Below are positions 46,995 through 56,816 of a stretch of DNA of 64,000 nt, in pieces. The translations under genes were made by a program, and so were the position numbers. The stretch comes from an uncultured Nitrososphaerales archaeon (lineage in GTDB: Archaea > Thermoproteota > Nitrososphaeria > Nitrososphaerales > Gagatemarchaeaceae), in assembly GCA_963706445.1 (NCBI GenBank), contig OY970160.1, forward strand, positions 1,312,001-1,376,000, in the 5' to 3' direction. The notes under the pieces were generated by a model. The model saw nothing but the letters and a program-made list of their open reading frames with translations, was not told where the DNA came from and did no database searches. Positions within the stretch are counted from its first letter, which is position 1; the number at the start of each line of letters is the position of its first letter.

Positions 46995-47592
46995 TTGCCG
47001 CGCAAGATCACCGTCAACCTGTACATGACACTCGACGGATACGCAGAATTTCCAAAGTACCCGGGATCTGACTATGCCCCCGATGAGCCGGACCAGATGT
47101 GGAAGAGCATGTGGATCGACAGGTATGACTCGGTGGACACCATAATCTATGGAAGACGGTCCTACGAAGATCATGTTGCGTACCATTCGCTATCGGCGAG
47201 GAAGCCGTCAGATCCAAAGTTCCTGTTCGATTTTTCGAGGTTCATCGAGCGCTGTCAGAAGATAGCTCTCTCCCACAGCCTGACTAGGGCAGAGTGGAAG
47301 AACTCCAGGATCATGAAAGGCGACCTCGCTCGCATCGTCGCTCGCTTGAAGAAGGAGCCTGGCCAGGATATCATCGTAGACGCGGGCCCCTCCGTCACCC
47401 AGGAGTTCATCCAGCGGGGCCTGGTCGACGACTATTGGTTCTTGGTGATGCCGGTCGTCCTCGGACGGGGGAAGCTGTACTGGGGTTCCATGATAAGGCA
47501 ACAAACTCTGAAGCTCCTGTCGGGTCAAGGCGCTCAAGTACGGGGAACTCGTGCTTCACTACGAAGCGGTCAGGTCATCGCAGCGGAGATAG
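46995..47592 (+). pseudogene. Dihydrofolate reductase/RibD C-terminal family protein, frameshifted near the 3' end
   Basis: MTLDG, GRRSYE, GLVDDY…PVVLG.G; the typical tail VKALKYGELVLHYE lies in another frame after an extra G at about 47522-47524. Confidence 0.75.
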
Positions 47593-47842
47593 GAGGAATC
47601 CGCCTCCCCTTTGCAACGTATCGATCTGAATCTACAAGCAGGATGCTAACGATGAAGAAAAGGACGAATGTTATGCTTGATAGGAGCACGAGGTAGATTG
47701 GACTGATTTTAGCGTAAAGCAGACCGAATGTCATCACTCCCATTGCCACCAAGAAATCCACTAGCAGGATCTTCGTGGTCCCCTTCCTGACTCTGGCCAC
47801 TTTCTCGGAGTTGTCGGTGCGTGTTCGCGATTCGTTAATCAC
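47570..47842 (-). CDS. Small two-TM membrane protein
   Basis: Two hydrophobic helices; 4 nt downstream of the DUF998-like gene. Confidence 0.5.
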   Translation of the reverse strand: MINESRTRTDNSEKVARVRKGTTKILLVDFLVAMGVMTFGLLYAKISPIYLVLLSSITFVLFFIVSILLVDSDRYVAKGRRIPPISAAMT

Positions 47843-47846
47843 GGTG

Positions 47847-48491
47847 CTAGGCCTTGGGGGTCCCGTCCACTGCCATCATGTGACCCCCGAAGCCGATCGA
47901 CCAGACCAGGACTGGATAGACCACAATCCGTTCCATTCCCCCGGGACCGAGACCGAGATACTCTCCGCCGATGTAGAGCACCAGCGCGACGAGTGTGAGG
48001 AGACCCAGGATGATGGAGAAGTAGAACATCGGTTTCCTCTGGAACCTGGCCGTGGTCAGTGCTGCGAGTCCTGCGAACAGGAATACTATCAGCGAGAAGA
48101 TGCTGTGCCAGATCCCCGTCGTCTCGGGGAAGAGGCCGACCCCCAGGGCGCCGACTCCTGCGAGGGCGATCATGATCGTTGCAGGCTTCCAATGGTAGGC
48201 CCTATGGAGGAAGTAGGCTCCGACAAGTATCATGAGGCCTAGAATCGCGATGGAAGCGTCGAAAAGGCAGGCGGAAGGCACCGATGTGCAGGTCGTGCGG
48301 CAGTTTGCGCCCAGGTCGCTGACGTAGTTGTTTGCGACGCTGTAGATGTAGCCAGTGGTGTTTCCGGACCCTGATGTATAGAGAGGGCCGCTGGTTGAAT
48401 ACAGGATTTCTGCGACTATCAGGCTGAGGCTGAACTGGGCTGCTCCGACGAAAATGGCAACGCCGGCTTTTGAGGCGTTTGAAAGCGACAT
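47847..48491 (-). CDS. DUF998-like membrane protein
   Basis: YS…N.VSDLG, GVGLFP…H, GGMER. Confidence 0.82.
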   Translation of the reverse strand: MSLSNASKAGVAIFVGAAQFSLSLIVAEILYSTSGPLYTSGSGNTTGYIYSVANNYVSDLGANCRTTCTSVPSACLFDASIAILGLMILVGAYFLHRAYHWKPATIMIALAGVGALGVGLFPETTGIWHSIFSLIVFLFAGLAALTTARFQRKPMFYFSIILGLLTLVALVLYIGGEYLGLGPGGMERIVVYPVLVWSIGFGGHMMAVDGTPKA

Positions 48492-48596
48492 CAGCAGGTA
48501 CCCTTGCGCGTCATCCTAAAAGTGTGAGCCTGGAACCACGGTGCTTCCCGTGCTCTCATTGTGAGCTTTTTATCGTCGTGACCTTCGGCACCTCCA

Positions 48597-49787
48597 TTGG
48601 ACTTCCTCGCGGAATCTAAGCGAGTCGAGCCTGAAATCATAAGGACGAGGAGGACTCTGCACCAGCACCCCGAACTCGCCTACCACGAGGAGGCGACCGC
48701 CAGGCTGATCGCCAAGAGGCTCGAGTCCCTCGGCGTCGAGGTGAGGAGTGGGGTGGGTGGGACGGGGGTCGTGGGGATCCTGAAGGGGGGAAGCCCAGGG
48801 AAGGTGGTCGCGCTGAGGGCGGACATGGACGGCCTACCAGTCCAGGAGGGGTCCGACGTGGAGTTCAGGTCGAAGGTCAACGGTGTGATGCACGCGTGCG
48901 GCCATGATACCCACGTCGCCATGCTCCTCGGGGCGGCGAGGATTCTTTCGGAGAACAAGGGAGTGCTTCGAGGCACCGTGAAGTTCCTCTTCCAGCCGGC
49001 GGAGGAGCATGGAGGTAGGGGAGGAGCGCTGCCGATGATCGAAGACGGCGCGATGAAGGACCCGAAGGTTGACTTCGTCTTCGGGCTGCACATAGAGGCG
49101 AACAGGAAGTCAGGGGTGTTCGGGGTCAGGGGCGGGGCAGTCGCAGCTGCGCCTGACACGTTCAAGCTAAGGATTATCGGGAAGGGCGGGCACGGGTCGG
49201 CCCCCCACGAGACGGTCGACCCGATCTACGTGGCGGCTCACGTCATCCTAGCGCTTCAGGGGGTGTCGTCCAGGATGATCGATCCTATGCGCCCGTTCGT
49301 CATTACCGTAGGAGCAGTCCACTCGGGGACCAAGGAGAACATCATCCCCGACGAAGCGCACCTTCAGGGGACCATTCGGACCCTGGACGAAAGGACAAGA
49401 AAGCGTGCGAAGACGAAGGTCGAGGAGGTCGTGAAGGGGGTGTGCAGGTCGTTCGGAGCCGCGGCAGAAATAGAGTTCGAGAAGGACGCCTACCCTGTGA
49501 CGGTAAACGACCCTGAGGTTACTGATGCTGCTGCCAGGGTGCTCAAGAAGATACCCGGTACTCGGGTCCAAAAGGTTGAGGCGATGCTCGGGGGAGAGGA
49601 TTTCTCGAGGTTCCTCCAGAAGGCGCCTGGGACTTTCTACTTCCTCGGGAGCCGCAACCCCGCCAAGGGGTGCGTCTATCCGAACCACAGCTCGAAGTTC
49701 AAGGTGGACGAGGACGTGCTGAAGTTCGGCGCGGCGTCCCTGGCGATGCTCGCCTTCGAGTTCGGGAACCCGAAGGGTCCGGCCTAG
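48597..49787 (+). CDS. M20D amidohydrolase/carboxypeptidase
   Basis: HQHPEL, RADMD.LP, MHACGHD, FQPAEE, GGHGS.PH, GEDF. Confidence 0.95.
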   Translation: MDFLAESKRVEPEIIRTRRTLHQHPELAYHEEATARLIAKRLESLGVEVRSGVGGTGVVGILKGGSPGKVVALRADMDGLPVQEGSDVEFRSKVNGVMHACGHDTHVAMLLGAARILSENKGVLRGTVKFLFQPAEEHGGRGGALPMIEDGAMKDPKVDFVFGLHIEANRKSGVFGVRGGAVAAAPDTFKLRIIGKGGHGSAPHETVDPIYVAAHVILALQGVSSRMIDPMRPFVITVGAVHSGTKENIIPDEAHLQGTIRTLDERTRKRAKTKVEEVVKGVCRSFGAAAEIEFEKDAYPVTVNDPEVTDAAARVLKKIPGTRVQKVEAMLGGEDFSRFLQKAPGTFYFLGSRNPAKGCVYPNHSSKFKVDEDVLKFGAASLAMLAFEFGNPKGPA

Positions 49788-49797
49788 GAGCTCGGCC

Positions 49798-50700
49798 GTG
49801 TACGCTACCAGGGTCTCTGAACGAGTCTACATGCTTGACACCTACGCGCTTGGTCAACCGGGGACTGTGGGGGCATACCTGGTGAAGGGACCGAAGCCTG
49901 CTCTTGTCGACTGCGGGTACGCAACTTCCTACGAAAGTGTCCTCAAAGGACTGGCGGAGGCAGGAGTGATGCCATCTGACGTGCGGTACCTCATCCCGAC
50001 CCACGTGCACCTCGACCACGGGGGAGCGGCGGGGAGGCTCATCAAGGAGATGCCGAACGCCGAAGTGATGGCGCATGAGCGCGGTGTCCCCCACCTCATC
50101 GACCCGACCAGGCTCATTGAAAGTTCGACCAAGGTATTCGGAGAGATGATCATGGGGCTCTATGGGAACCCAGAACCGATACCCGCCGAGAGGATCACGG
50201 CAGTAGGCAAAGAGGCCCACCTCGATCTGGGAGACGGTCTCAGCATGACGATGATGCACACTCCTGGGCACGCCCCCCACCAGATCTCGATCCTACTTGA
50301 CCAGACAAAGGCCATGCTCACCGCCGACGCCATCGGGATCGTCTATCCCGGGTCAAAGGCGCTGATCCCTACCACTCCCCCGCCCAGCTTCAACCCGACG
50401 GAACTTGTGGCGACCATAGGCATGATTAGACAGATGAAGCCAACCGAGCTCCTCGTCCCGCACTTCGGCGTCAGGAAAGACGTCGAATGGGTCTTCGATA
50501 GGACAGCTGAGCTGGTACCGCAATGGGTTGAGCAGGTCAAATCGATGTGGAAGAACAAGATGTCCCTCGATGAGGTGTCCGAGGTCATGGAGGGAGAGGT
50601 GGCAAAGGACGCTGGCACCGATGACCTCCCCATCTATGCTAAGGTCTCAGTGAGGACCTCCGCCATGGGCATAATGCACTACCTCGACAAGAACTTTTGA
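49798..50700 (+). CDS. Metallo-beta-lactamase-fold hydrolase
   Basis: THVHLDHGG, TPGHA.H, AD, PHFG. Confidence 0.92.
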   Translation: MYATRVSERVYMLDTYALGQPGTVGAYLVKGPKPALVDCGYATSYESVLKGLAEAGVMPSDVRYLIPTHVHLDHGGAAGRLIKEMPNAEVMAHERGVPHLIDPTRLIESSTKVFGEMIMGLYGNPEPIPAERITAVGKEAHLDLGDGLSMTMMHTPGHAPHQISILLDQTKAMLTADAIGIVYPGSKALIPTTPPPSFNPTELVATIGMIRQMKPTELLVPHFGVRKDVEWVFDRTAELVPQWVEQVKSMWKNKMSLDEVSEVMEGEVAKDAGTDDLPIYAKVSVRTSAMGIMHYLDKNF

Positions 50701-50726
50701 ATCGGCCCTAGTCCCCTCACGGAACC

Positions 50727-51563
50727 ATGCCCCTGGTCTACGCATGCATAGCCCCCCACGGCGGGGAGGTGGTACCCGCCCTTGCAGGCAAGAAGCTGAA
50801 ACTCTTCTCTCCCACGAGGAGGGGAATGAGGGTGCTCGCCGCGGCGATGAAGGCGGCGAAGCCGGACACCATAGTGCTGGCCAGCCCGCACAACCTGAGG
50901 CTGAACAAGCACATCGGGGTGGTCACCTCAGAGTTCTCCTCGGGGAAGGTTGTGGAAGGTGGGAGAGAGATTAGGATGCGCGCGAAGTGCGACCCGGAGT
51001 TCGCCAGAAAGATTGCAGACTCGGCCGAGAAAACAGGGCTCCCAGTCGTCGCGGCAAATTACGGGGTTTTCGAAGGGCCGCTCTCCGATCTTGCCATGGA
51101 CTGGGGGACGATGATTCCTCTCTGGTTTCTTCTGAGAGAGAGCCGTCTGAAGAGCAGGGTCGTGATTGTGACACCGTCTAGAGAGATACCACTAGGACCG
51201 AACGCGGAGTTCGGGAGGATCGTGGGAGAGATGGCCCAAGATGAAAAGAAGAGGGTCGCCTTTGTCGCGAGCGCCGACCAGGCGCACCGGCACAAGCAGG
51301 GCGGGCTCTATGGCTTCGACAACAGAGCGGCCGAATACGACAGGAAAGTGGTGGAGGCTATCCGCGGAGACAGGCTAGATGAAATCATGTCGATGGAGCC
51401 CGGATTCGTGGATGGAGCCAGACCGGACAGCCTCTGGCAGATGGCGATGCTCCTTGGCGTGCTGTCGGTGGTTCCCATGAAGGGGGAGCTGGTGTCCTAT
51501 CAGGTCCCGACGTACTACGGGATGATCTGCGCATCCTATCATCCGGCAACCAGAGCGGGCTGA
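50727..51563 (+). CDS. LigB/Memo-like (class III extradiol dioxygenase fold) protein
   Basis: PHG, SPH, DWG..IPL, VASAD.AH.H, SY..PTY.G. Confidence 0.8.
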   Translation: MPLVYACIAPHGGEVVPALAGKKLKLFSPTRRGMRVLAAAMKAAKPDTIVLASPHNLRLNKHIGVVTSEFSSGKVVEGGREIRMRAKCDPEFARKIADSAEKTGLPVVAANYGVFEGPLSDLAMDWGTMIPLWFLLRESRLKSRVVIVTPSREIPLGPNAEFGRIVGEMAQDEKKRVAFVASADQAHRHKQGGLYGFDNRAAEYDRKVVEAIRGDRLDEIMSMEPGFVDGARPDSLWQMAMLLGVLSVVPMKGELVSYQVPTYYGMICASYHPATRAG

Positions 51564-51566
51564 GTC

Positions 51567-52268
51567 TCAGTTCAGGAGCGGGAAGATGTCCGTCAGTGCC
51601 CTGACCCTCGGGCAGTCGAGACCCTCGTGGGAGCCATCCCGGTCGATAAGTATCCCTTTGACCCCGGCATTCCTGGCGCCCACTATGTCAGCCTCGAACA
51701 GGTCCCCGACGTGGGCTGCTTGGTCTGCATCGTAGGAGGCCTGCCGCAAGGCGATCCTGAAAATTTCTGGGTTCGGTTTGGTGTACCCGACGGCCCCAGA
51801 AATCACGATGGTGCTCAGATACTTCGAGAGCCCCAGTGCCTGGACGACCCGATCTGTGTCTGCCGGGGCGTTGGAGATCAAACCCATGGCTATGCCGTCG
51901 CGGGAGAGCATTGACAGGGTGGGCTCGACGTCTGGGTAGAGGGCAAGAGGTATCTCCTTCTCGAGCTCGGGCCATCTCTTCCTGACCAGTCTGGAGACCC
52001 TTAGTGCTTCTGGCGCCCCCCTGTCGGGGAAGAGGGACTGGAAGACCTTCTCATCGAAGTGGCGATACGCCTCCGTTGTATCTTCGGGGCTCATGACTTT
52101 GTATCCGTAGTCCGAAAGCCACCAGGACTCTAGGCCGAGGTACGTCGAATGGATCATGTCGAGGCTCGCGTCTAGACCCTCTTCGTTCAGGACCCTTCGG
52201 AATATCCTGTCGCGCCTCATCACCAGCAATGTCCCGCCGAGGTCGAAGAAGACGACGCGTGCCTTCAA
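51567..52268 (-). CDS. HAD-superfamily hydrolase
   Basis: FFDLGGTL, ISN, KP.P.IF, HVGD…DI.GA. Confidence 0.92.
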   Translation of the reverse strand: MKARVVFFDLGGTLLVMRRDRIFRRVLNEEGLDASLDMIHSTYLGLESWWLSDYGYKVMSPEDTTEAYRHFDEKVFQSLFPDRGAPEALRVSRLVRKRWPELEKEIPLALYPDVEPTLSMLSRDGIAMGLISNAPADTDRVVQALGLSKYLSTIVISGAVGYTKPNPEIFRIALRQASYDADQAAHVGDLFEADIVGARNAGVKGILIDRDGSHEGLDCPRVRALTDIFPLLN

Positions 52269-52319
52269 GGAAGCGCGTTGGTCATTAGGAACTAAAATAC
52301 ATTTGACGGATGAAGTCGG

Positions 52320-52730
52320 CTATCCGTGGAACACCGGGATGAACGGCGTCGCGAGCATGCTGAACAGCAGCAGCCCCAGGACGACCGCGGTGATCACGAC
52401 GTAGATTCGGTCACGCTCCGCGGCGAACAGTAGGACAGAGGCAGTGACCCTGGCGACCGGGGTCGCAATCAATACCATCACTCCGAGCTCGATCAGGGAG
52501 TAGGGGTCCAAGGCGGCGAGACCGTTGAAGAATCCTGAAACGCTCAGGCTGAACGTTCCATGTGGGATCGTATCGGCGCTATAGGCGAACAGGCCGTTGG
52601 TGTCTGAGAGTCCGCTGGCGGTGGCAAGTCTGATGGTCCCTGCGATGACGATAATGGCCGAAAGTACAACCCCGTACCTCAGCAGGGTCCCGATAACCAC
52701 GCTCATCGACTCGGGGTCGCGGAGGTTCAA
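52320..52730 (-). CDS. DUF1634-family membrane protein
   Basis: LLR.GV..S, G…LIATPV.RV…F..E.D..Y; follows the TauE gene. Confidence 0.85.
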   Translation of the reverse strand: MNLRDPESMSVVIGTLLRYGVVLSAIIVIAGTIRLATASGLSDTNGLFAYSADTIPHGTFSLSVSGFFNGLAALDPYSLIELGVMVLIATPVARVTASVLLFAAERDRIYVVITAVVLGLLLFSMLATPFIPVFHG

Positions 52731-53569
52731 ACCTGCACCCCCATTGCGCTAAGGATCATCTCCAGGGCGGTCAGCGCGAGCACCACCGAGAACGCTTTCC
52801 TGATGGTCGGATTGCGGGTTTTCAGCAGCAGCCTGGCACCAATGGCCGCCCCTAGGAGAATTCCGAGGGCCACGGGTGCCACGATCAGAGGGTTGACGTC
52901 CCCCCTTGCGAAGTAGATGCCGGCGCTCGCCGCGGCCGTCACTCCTATCATGAAATTTGATGTCGTCGTAGACACTTTGAGAGGGAGCTTCATCGCCAGG
53001 TCCATCGACAGGACCTTGAAGGCGCCACCCCCTACGCCCAGGAACCCAGAGACCACGCCCGCCGCGGCGGTCCCCGTAAGGCCCGCTACCGGCCTGGTGG
53101 CGTTGTAATCGATCACCCTGCCGTCGGTTTCGGTGTACGAGCCGTGCAGGCCGAGTCGCTTCGAGAGCCCATTCAGCTCCGGGGACTTTGGTATGTCCTC
53201 ACCGATCTTCATCAGGGTCGGGATGAGAGTGAAGAGCAGAATAACCCCGAAGATTAGCTCCAGGGCTACGGAGTTCACGTAGGCTGCGATGGCCGCCCCG
53301 ACTATGGCCCCGCTGGCGCTCGCTAACTCCAGGAACATGCCGACGCGCAGGTTCGTCACTTTGTCCTTGATGTAGGTCGAGGCCGCCCCGCTCGAAGTCC
53401 CGATTATGGCGACGATGCTGGCCCCGATGGCGAAATGTATGTCGACGCCGAATAGCAGGGTAAGGACAGGGATCACTACCACCCCGCCCCCTAGGCCGAG
53501 CATCGAACCGAAGATCCCTGCGAAAATCGAGAAGAGGAAGAGTATGACCAGGAATTCGAGAATTAGCAT
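52727..53569 (-). CDS. Sulfite exporter TauE/SafE family permease
   Basis: GLGGG…P, SG.LG.GGG, P.KVS..TSNFMIG. Confidence 0.92.
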   Translation of the reverse strand: MLILEFLVILFLFSIFAGIFGSMLGLGGGVVVIPVLTLLFGVDIHFAIGASIVAIIGTSSGAASTYIKDKVTNLRVGMFLELASASGAIVGAAIAAYVNSVALELIFGVILLFTLIPTLMKIGEDIPKSPELNGLSKRLGLHGSYTETDGRVIDYNATRPVAGLTGTAAAGVVSGFLGVGGGAFKVLSMDLAMKLPLKVSTTTSNFMIGVTAAASAGIYFARGDVNPLIVAPVALGILLGAAIGARLLLKTRNPTIRKAFSVVLALTALEMILSAMGVQV

Positions 53570-53742
53570 CAGATTCAGCGCGCCTGTCTTATCATACTTA
53601 GATGTTCTCGGGAGAAAAAATGAGAGTGCTATGCTCTACGAGGCGATTCGAGGGCAGAGATTATTCTCTCGTGGCCTTTGGAAAGCGGAATATTCAGCCC
53701 TCAAAACCGTTGGGAGTACGTAGAAGATTGTAAGGTCTCAAA

Positions 53743-55416
53743 TCAAGCTGTGAGGGTTGGCGCCTGCTGGGGCTTCCTCTCAAGGCCGTAAGTTGCGGCC
53801 TTATCAAGGTCGAGCCCATTCCTCCTGCACCGGTTCTTCACTAAACGGAACATAGCCCAGGCGCCTATTGCCATCATCCCTCCTGTCACGTATTTGGTGA
53901 TTGGATTCTCCTCCCGCGAGGCCTTGGTGGCATCTCGAGTGGCGATCTTCAGGAGGTGCTTGTAGGAGGCATAGTAGACGGCCAGCTGAGACTTGTCTAA
54001 CTTCAACGAAGAGAAGTCCCTGCTCTTCAGATGCCCGAGGGGGACGTTCTGCATGGGGGTCACAGTGAATTCGAAGGGCCTACCATTGTCGGTCGTCGAG
54101 TTGCTCAGCCGGTTGATCAGAGCGACGGTCTCCCAGTTGTCTTCGGGGGTCTCTCCGGCCTGGCCTACCTGCACTGTAAAGGCGGGGCGCCAGTAGTTCT
54201 TGTTCATGACGTAGGTCCCCTGCCATACTATGTCCGCCCAGTGGCCGTCGGGGCCCACCCTCAGCGGCAGGGTCTTGTTAGGCATGTGTTCCAAGGCCAG
54301 CCTGTCGCTCCCTGTCTCGATCCCCACCTGCAGTCCGATCCAATTGTTAGGCCCGGCGCGGATGATCCTCGAAAGCTTCCCGACGAACTCAGGGAAGGCG
54401 GCGGGAATCGAGATCCTGCCGTGCGTGGGGTTGGTCTGGGCCACCCCGGTCGTCTCGATGACGGTTCTGAATAGGTCGTAGATCGCTTCCTCGTTGGGGA
54501 CAAAGTTCCTTCCGTGCTCATAGGCGAAGATCTCGTCGCTGTGCAGCCAGGCGTTGTCCATCCCCGCCCTGAGGTTCACCTGGAGCTCCCGCCTCACCTT
54601 ATCCGGGGGGTAGTAGCGAAGTGGCCTGAGGGTGACCTCGCAGAAATCACACCCGATCCCGCAACCGCGCATCACCTCCACCATCCCCTTCACAGAGGGG
54701 TTGACTATGTCGGGGATGTCTTCCAGCTTCGGGAACTGCTTTGAGAATTGGTAACGGCTGATGAACTTGGAGCTCGCCTTCCATTCCTTGTGGAAGGACT
54801 CGTCGAAGGTCTGGTAACCGTGGAAGAACTCGGTGTTCTCCCCGCCGTCCTCGAGGATGTACCGGAAGAGGTCCGATATTACGTCGTCTGCCTCCCCCTG
54901 GTAAGCGTAGTCAATCCTGTTCCTCTCCATTTCTTGGGGGTGGACGGTAAGCTCCCAGACCCCGGGGCCGCCGACGACCAGCTTTGCCTTCTTCCCGGCC
55001 CGGGCCCTGTTGATCTTGGCCAGGAGCCATTCGAACTCCCTCTGGACGTAGGCGGGGGCGACTGTGTTGAAGAAGACTGTGTAGGACATCGTGAGGGGTC
55101 CGAGGCCAAGGGGGTCCATAGTCGAGACCCCGATCAGCTCTGTGTCGTCGTCGACGAATTCCGCTATGTGATCTTCGTGGGCAACCACAACATCCTCCCG
55201 AGGGTGCTCCTTCAGGACAGAAGCCTCCAGCTTCCTAATGGCGTAGGGGGCGAAGTCTGCCTTGCCGTCGGTGGCAGGCGGGGGCGGTCCCTTCAGGAAG
55301 TTGTAGAAGGTTGACGGGAGGGCGCTAGTGGGGGCGCTGGCCAGGAAGTCAAGTAGCGGGACGCTCCTGTAGTTTCGGGCTAATGTGCTATCTGAGACAA
55401 GTACGTAGCGGGCCAT
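53743..55416 (-). CDS. Radical SAM protein resembling the GDGT ring synthase (GrsA/B) family
   Basis: CGIGCDFC radical SAM motif; N-terminal APYAIRKLEA and DPLGLGP, VGGPG.W, G.ETGS. Confidence 0.75.
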   Translation of the reverse strand: MARYVLVSDSTLARNYRSVPLLDFLASAPTSALPSTFYNFLKGPPPPATDGKADFAPYAIRKLEASVLKEHPREDVVVAHEDHIAEFVDDDTELIGVSTMDPLGLGPLTMSYTVFFNTVAPAYVQREFEWLLAKINRARAGKKAKLVVGGPGVWELTVHPQEMERNRIDYAYQGEADDVISDLFRYILEDGGENTEFFHGYQTFDESFHKEWKASSKFISRYQFSKQFPKLEDIPDIVNPSVKGMVEVMRGCGIGCDFCEVTLRPLRYYPPDKVRRELQVNLRAGMDNAWLHSDEIFAYEHGRNFVPNEEAIYDLFRTVIETTGVAQTNPTHGRISIPAAFPEFVGKLSRIIRAGPNNWIGLQVGIETGSDRLALEHMPNKTLPLRVGPDGHWADIVWQGTYVMNKNYWRPAFTVQVGQAGETPEDNWETVALINRLSNSTTDNGRPFEFTVTPMQNVPLGHLKSRDFSSLKLDKSQLAVYYASYKHLLKIATRDATKASREENPITKYVTGGMMAIGAWAMFRLVKNRCRRNGLDLDKAATYGLERKPQQAPTLTA

Positions 55417-55492
55417 CTTGGAGGGCCGGAATTGGGCTCGGGGTGGCTTAAAAATTGCTCCAGTATCGGCCACAGTGAGACGAAACGGGCTG

Positions 55493-56038
55493 CTACTCTT
55501 CTTCCGCGATTTCAGCCAGCGACCGTTTTGAAACGGCCGAGGTGTCGAACTGGTTGGCGTCGTACCCCGGCATGCAGTAGCGGTCCTTGTGCTTGATGAG
55601 GAGCCAGGCTCCCTTCATGCCGCCCAGGCCCTTTGTCCGCACCAGGGCGAAGGAGCCGTGGAGTTTCTTGCCAAACAGAGTGAACTTCAGGCTCCCATCC
55701 CTCAGGCTCGAGTGGGCGACCTCCTCGGCTTCGGATCTCTCAACGATCAGCTTACGGACCCCTCTGCTAACTTCAATCTCGGGGGTGTACCTGCCCTCGT
55801 CCCAGATCATCACCGTCCCGGCCCCATAGTTTCCCTTCCCGATGACTCCTTCGAAGTGTCGATATTCGAGGTCGTGCGGACCAGTTGGCATCGCCAGCCT
55901 TCTGATCGTGGGGTCGAGGGTAGGGCCCTTGGGGACAGACCAGGATGGCATCGTCTCCCCGATCTCCAGCCGGAAGTCGTAGTGGAGGGCGGTGGCCTTG
56001 TGCTTCTGGACCACAAATGAAAACAGCCCCGGTTTCAT
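55493..56038 (-). CDS. Stand-alone LigD 3'-phosphoesterase (PE) domain protein
   Basis: FVVQKH.A..LHYDFRLE…SW.VPKGP…RLA…H…Y..FEG.I..G.YGAG.V.IWD.G. Confidence 0.92.
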   Translation of the reverse strand: MKPGLFSFVVQKHKATALHYDFRLEIGETMPSWSVPKGPTLDPTIRRLAMPTGPHDLEYRHFEGVIGKGNYGAGTVMIWDEGRYTPEIEVSRGVRKLIVERSEAEEVAHSSLRDGSLKFTLFGKKLHGSFALVRTKGLGGMKGAWLLIKHKDRYCMPGYDANQFDTSAVSKRSLAEIAEEE

Positions 56039-56150
56039 GAGAAACCCCCTATCTCTAGGTTCAGAATAGGCTTTGCGTCGAACTTACTACTTATTTGATG
56101 CCAGAGGTCGAAAACAGAAAAGAGGGGTGAGGGCTTCCGCCCTGCCCCGT

Positions 56151-56534
56151 TTACATCGCTTTGTTCTGCCAGAGGCCGACGAGGTTCCCTTCGGTGTCTG
56201 TGAAGTAAGCGGACCAGCCCATGTCACCCACGGGCATCTTTTTCCCGCTCTGCTTCCCTCCGAGCTTCTTGATGTTCGCCAGGGCTACGTCGATGTCGGA
56301 GACGTTGATGGTCACCGTCACCGATTCAGGTGCCATGCTTCCCTTCTTCCCCATGCCACCATTGATGGCGCCGGGGGACTTCGGAGTGCCGTTCTTGTCG
56401 GAAGCCGTGGTCCCGACGCTCCAGTACTCGAAGCCTGGGAACTGGTTGAAGGCCCACCCGAATGCCTTGGTGTAGAAGTTCGAAGCCCTCTTGACGTCCT
56501 TGGCAGGGATTTCGAAATGAACTACGGAATCCAC
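56151..56534 (-). CDS. VOC/glyoxalase-family protein
   Basis: VVHFEIPA, FY..AFGW, GAINGG, F.DTEGN.VGLW. Confidence 0.92.
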   Translation of the reverse strand: MDSVVHFEIPAKDVKRASNFYTKAFGWAFNQFPGFEYWSVGTTASDKNGTPKSPGAINGGMGKKGSMAPESVTVTINVSDIDVALANIKKLGGKQSGKKMPVGDMGWSAYFTDTEGNLVGLWQNKAM

Positions 56535-56613
56535 GAGGCTCGGCGAGCTTTCAGTCTATATAAGCCGACCCACAATATTTTCATGATTCCTGACAGGTCC
56601 GTGAAAGTGATGC

Positions 56614-56772
56614 TTACTTTACGACCTTGAAATTCATAGGGGCTAAGCCGTACTTCTTCGAGAGGTCGAATCAGGCGGTCAGGGAGCACAACATGACTTG
56701 ATGCCCGAGCTCGGAGAGCATCATCACGAGATTGAAGCCGACTTCGGCCGTTCCAATAATTCCGAGTTTCAT
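56614..56772 (-). pseudogene. Internally deleted remnant of an NADP oxidoreductase (F420-dependent/FNO-like) gene
   Basis: MKLGIIGTAEVG…LSELGHQVML.S Rossmann start, an in-frame TGA, then a C-terminal-like FDLSKKYGLAPMNFKVVK*. Confidence 0.5.
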
Positions 56773-56816
56773 GAAAGGGAATGTAGATCCGTCAGATTTA
56801 CGCTTTTGTCGGTCGC

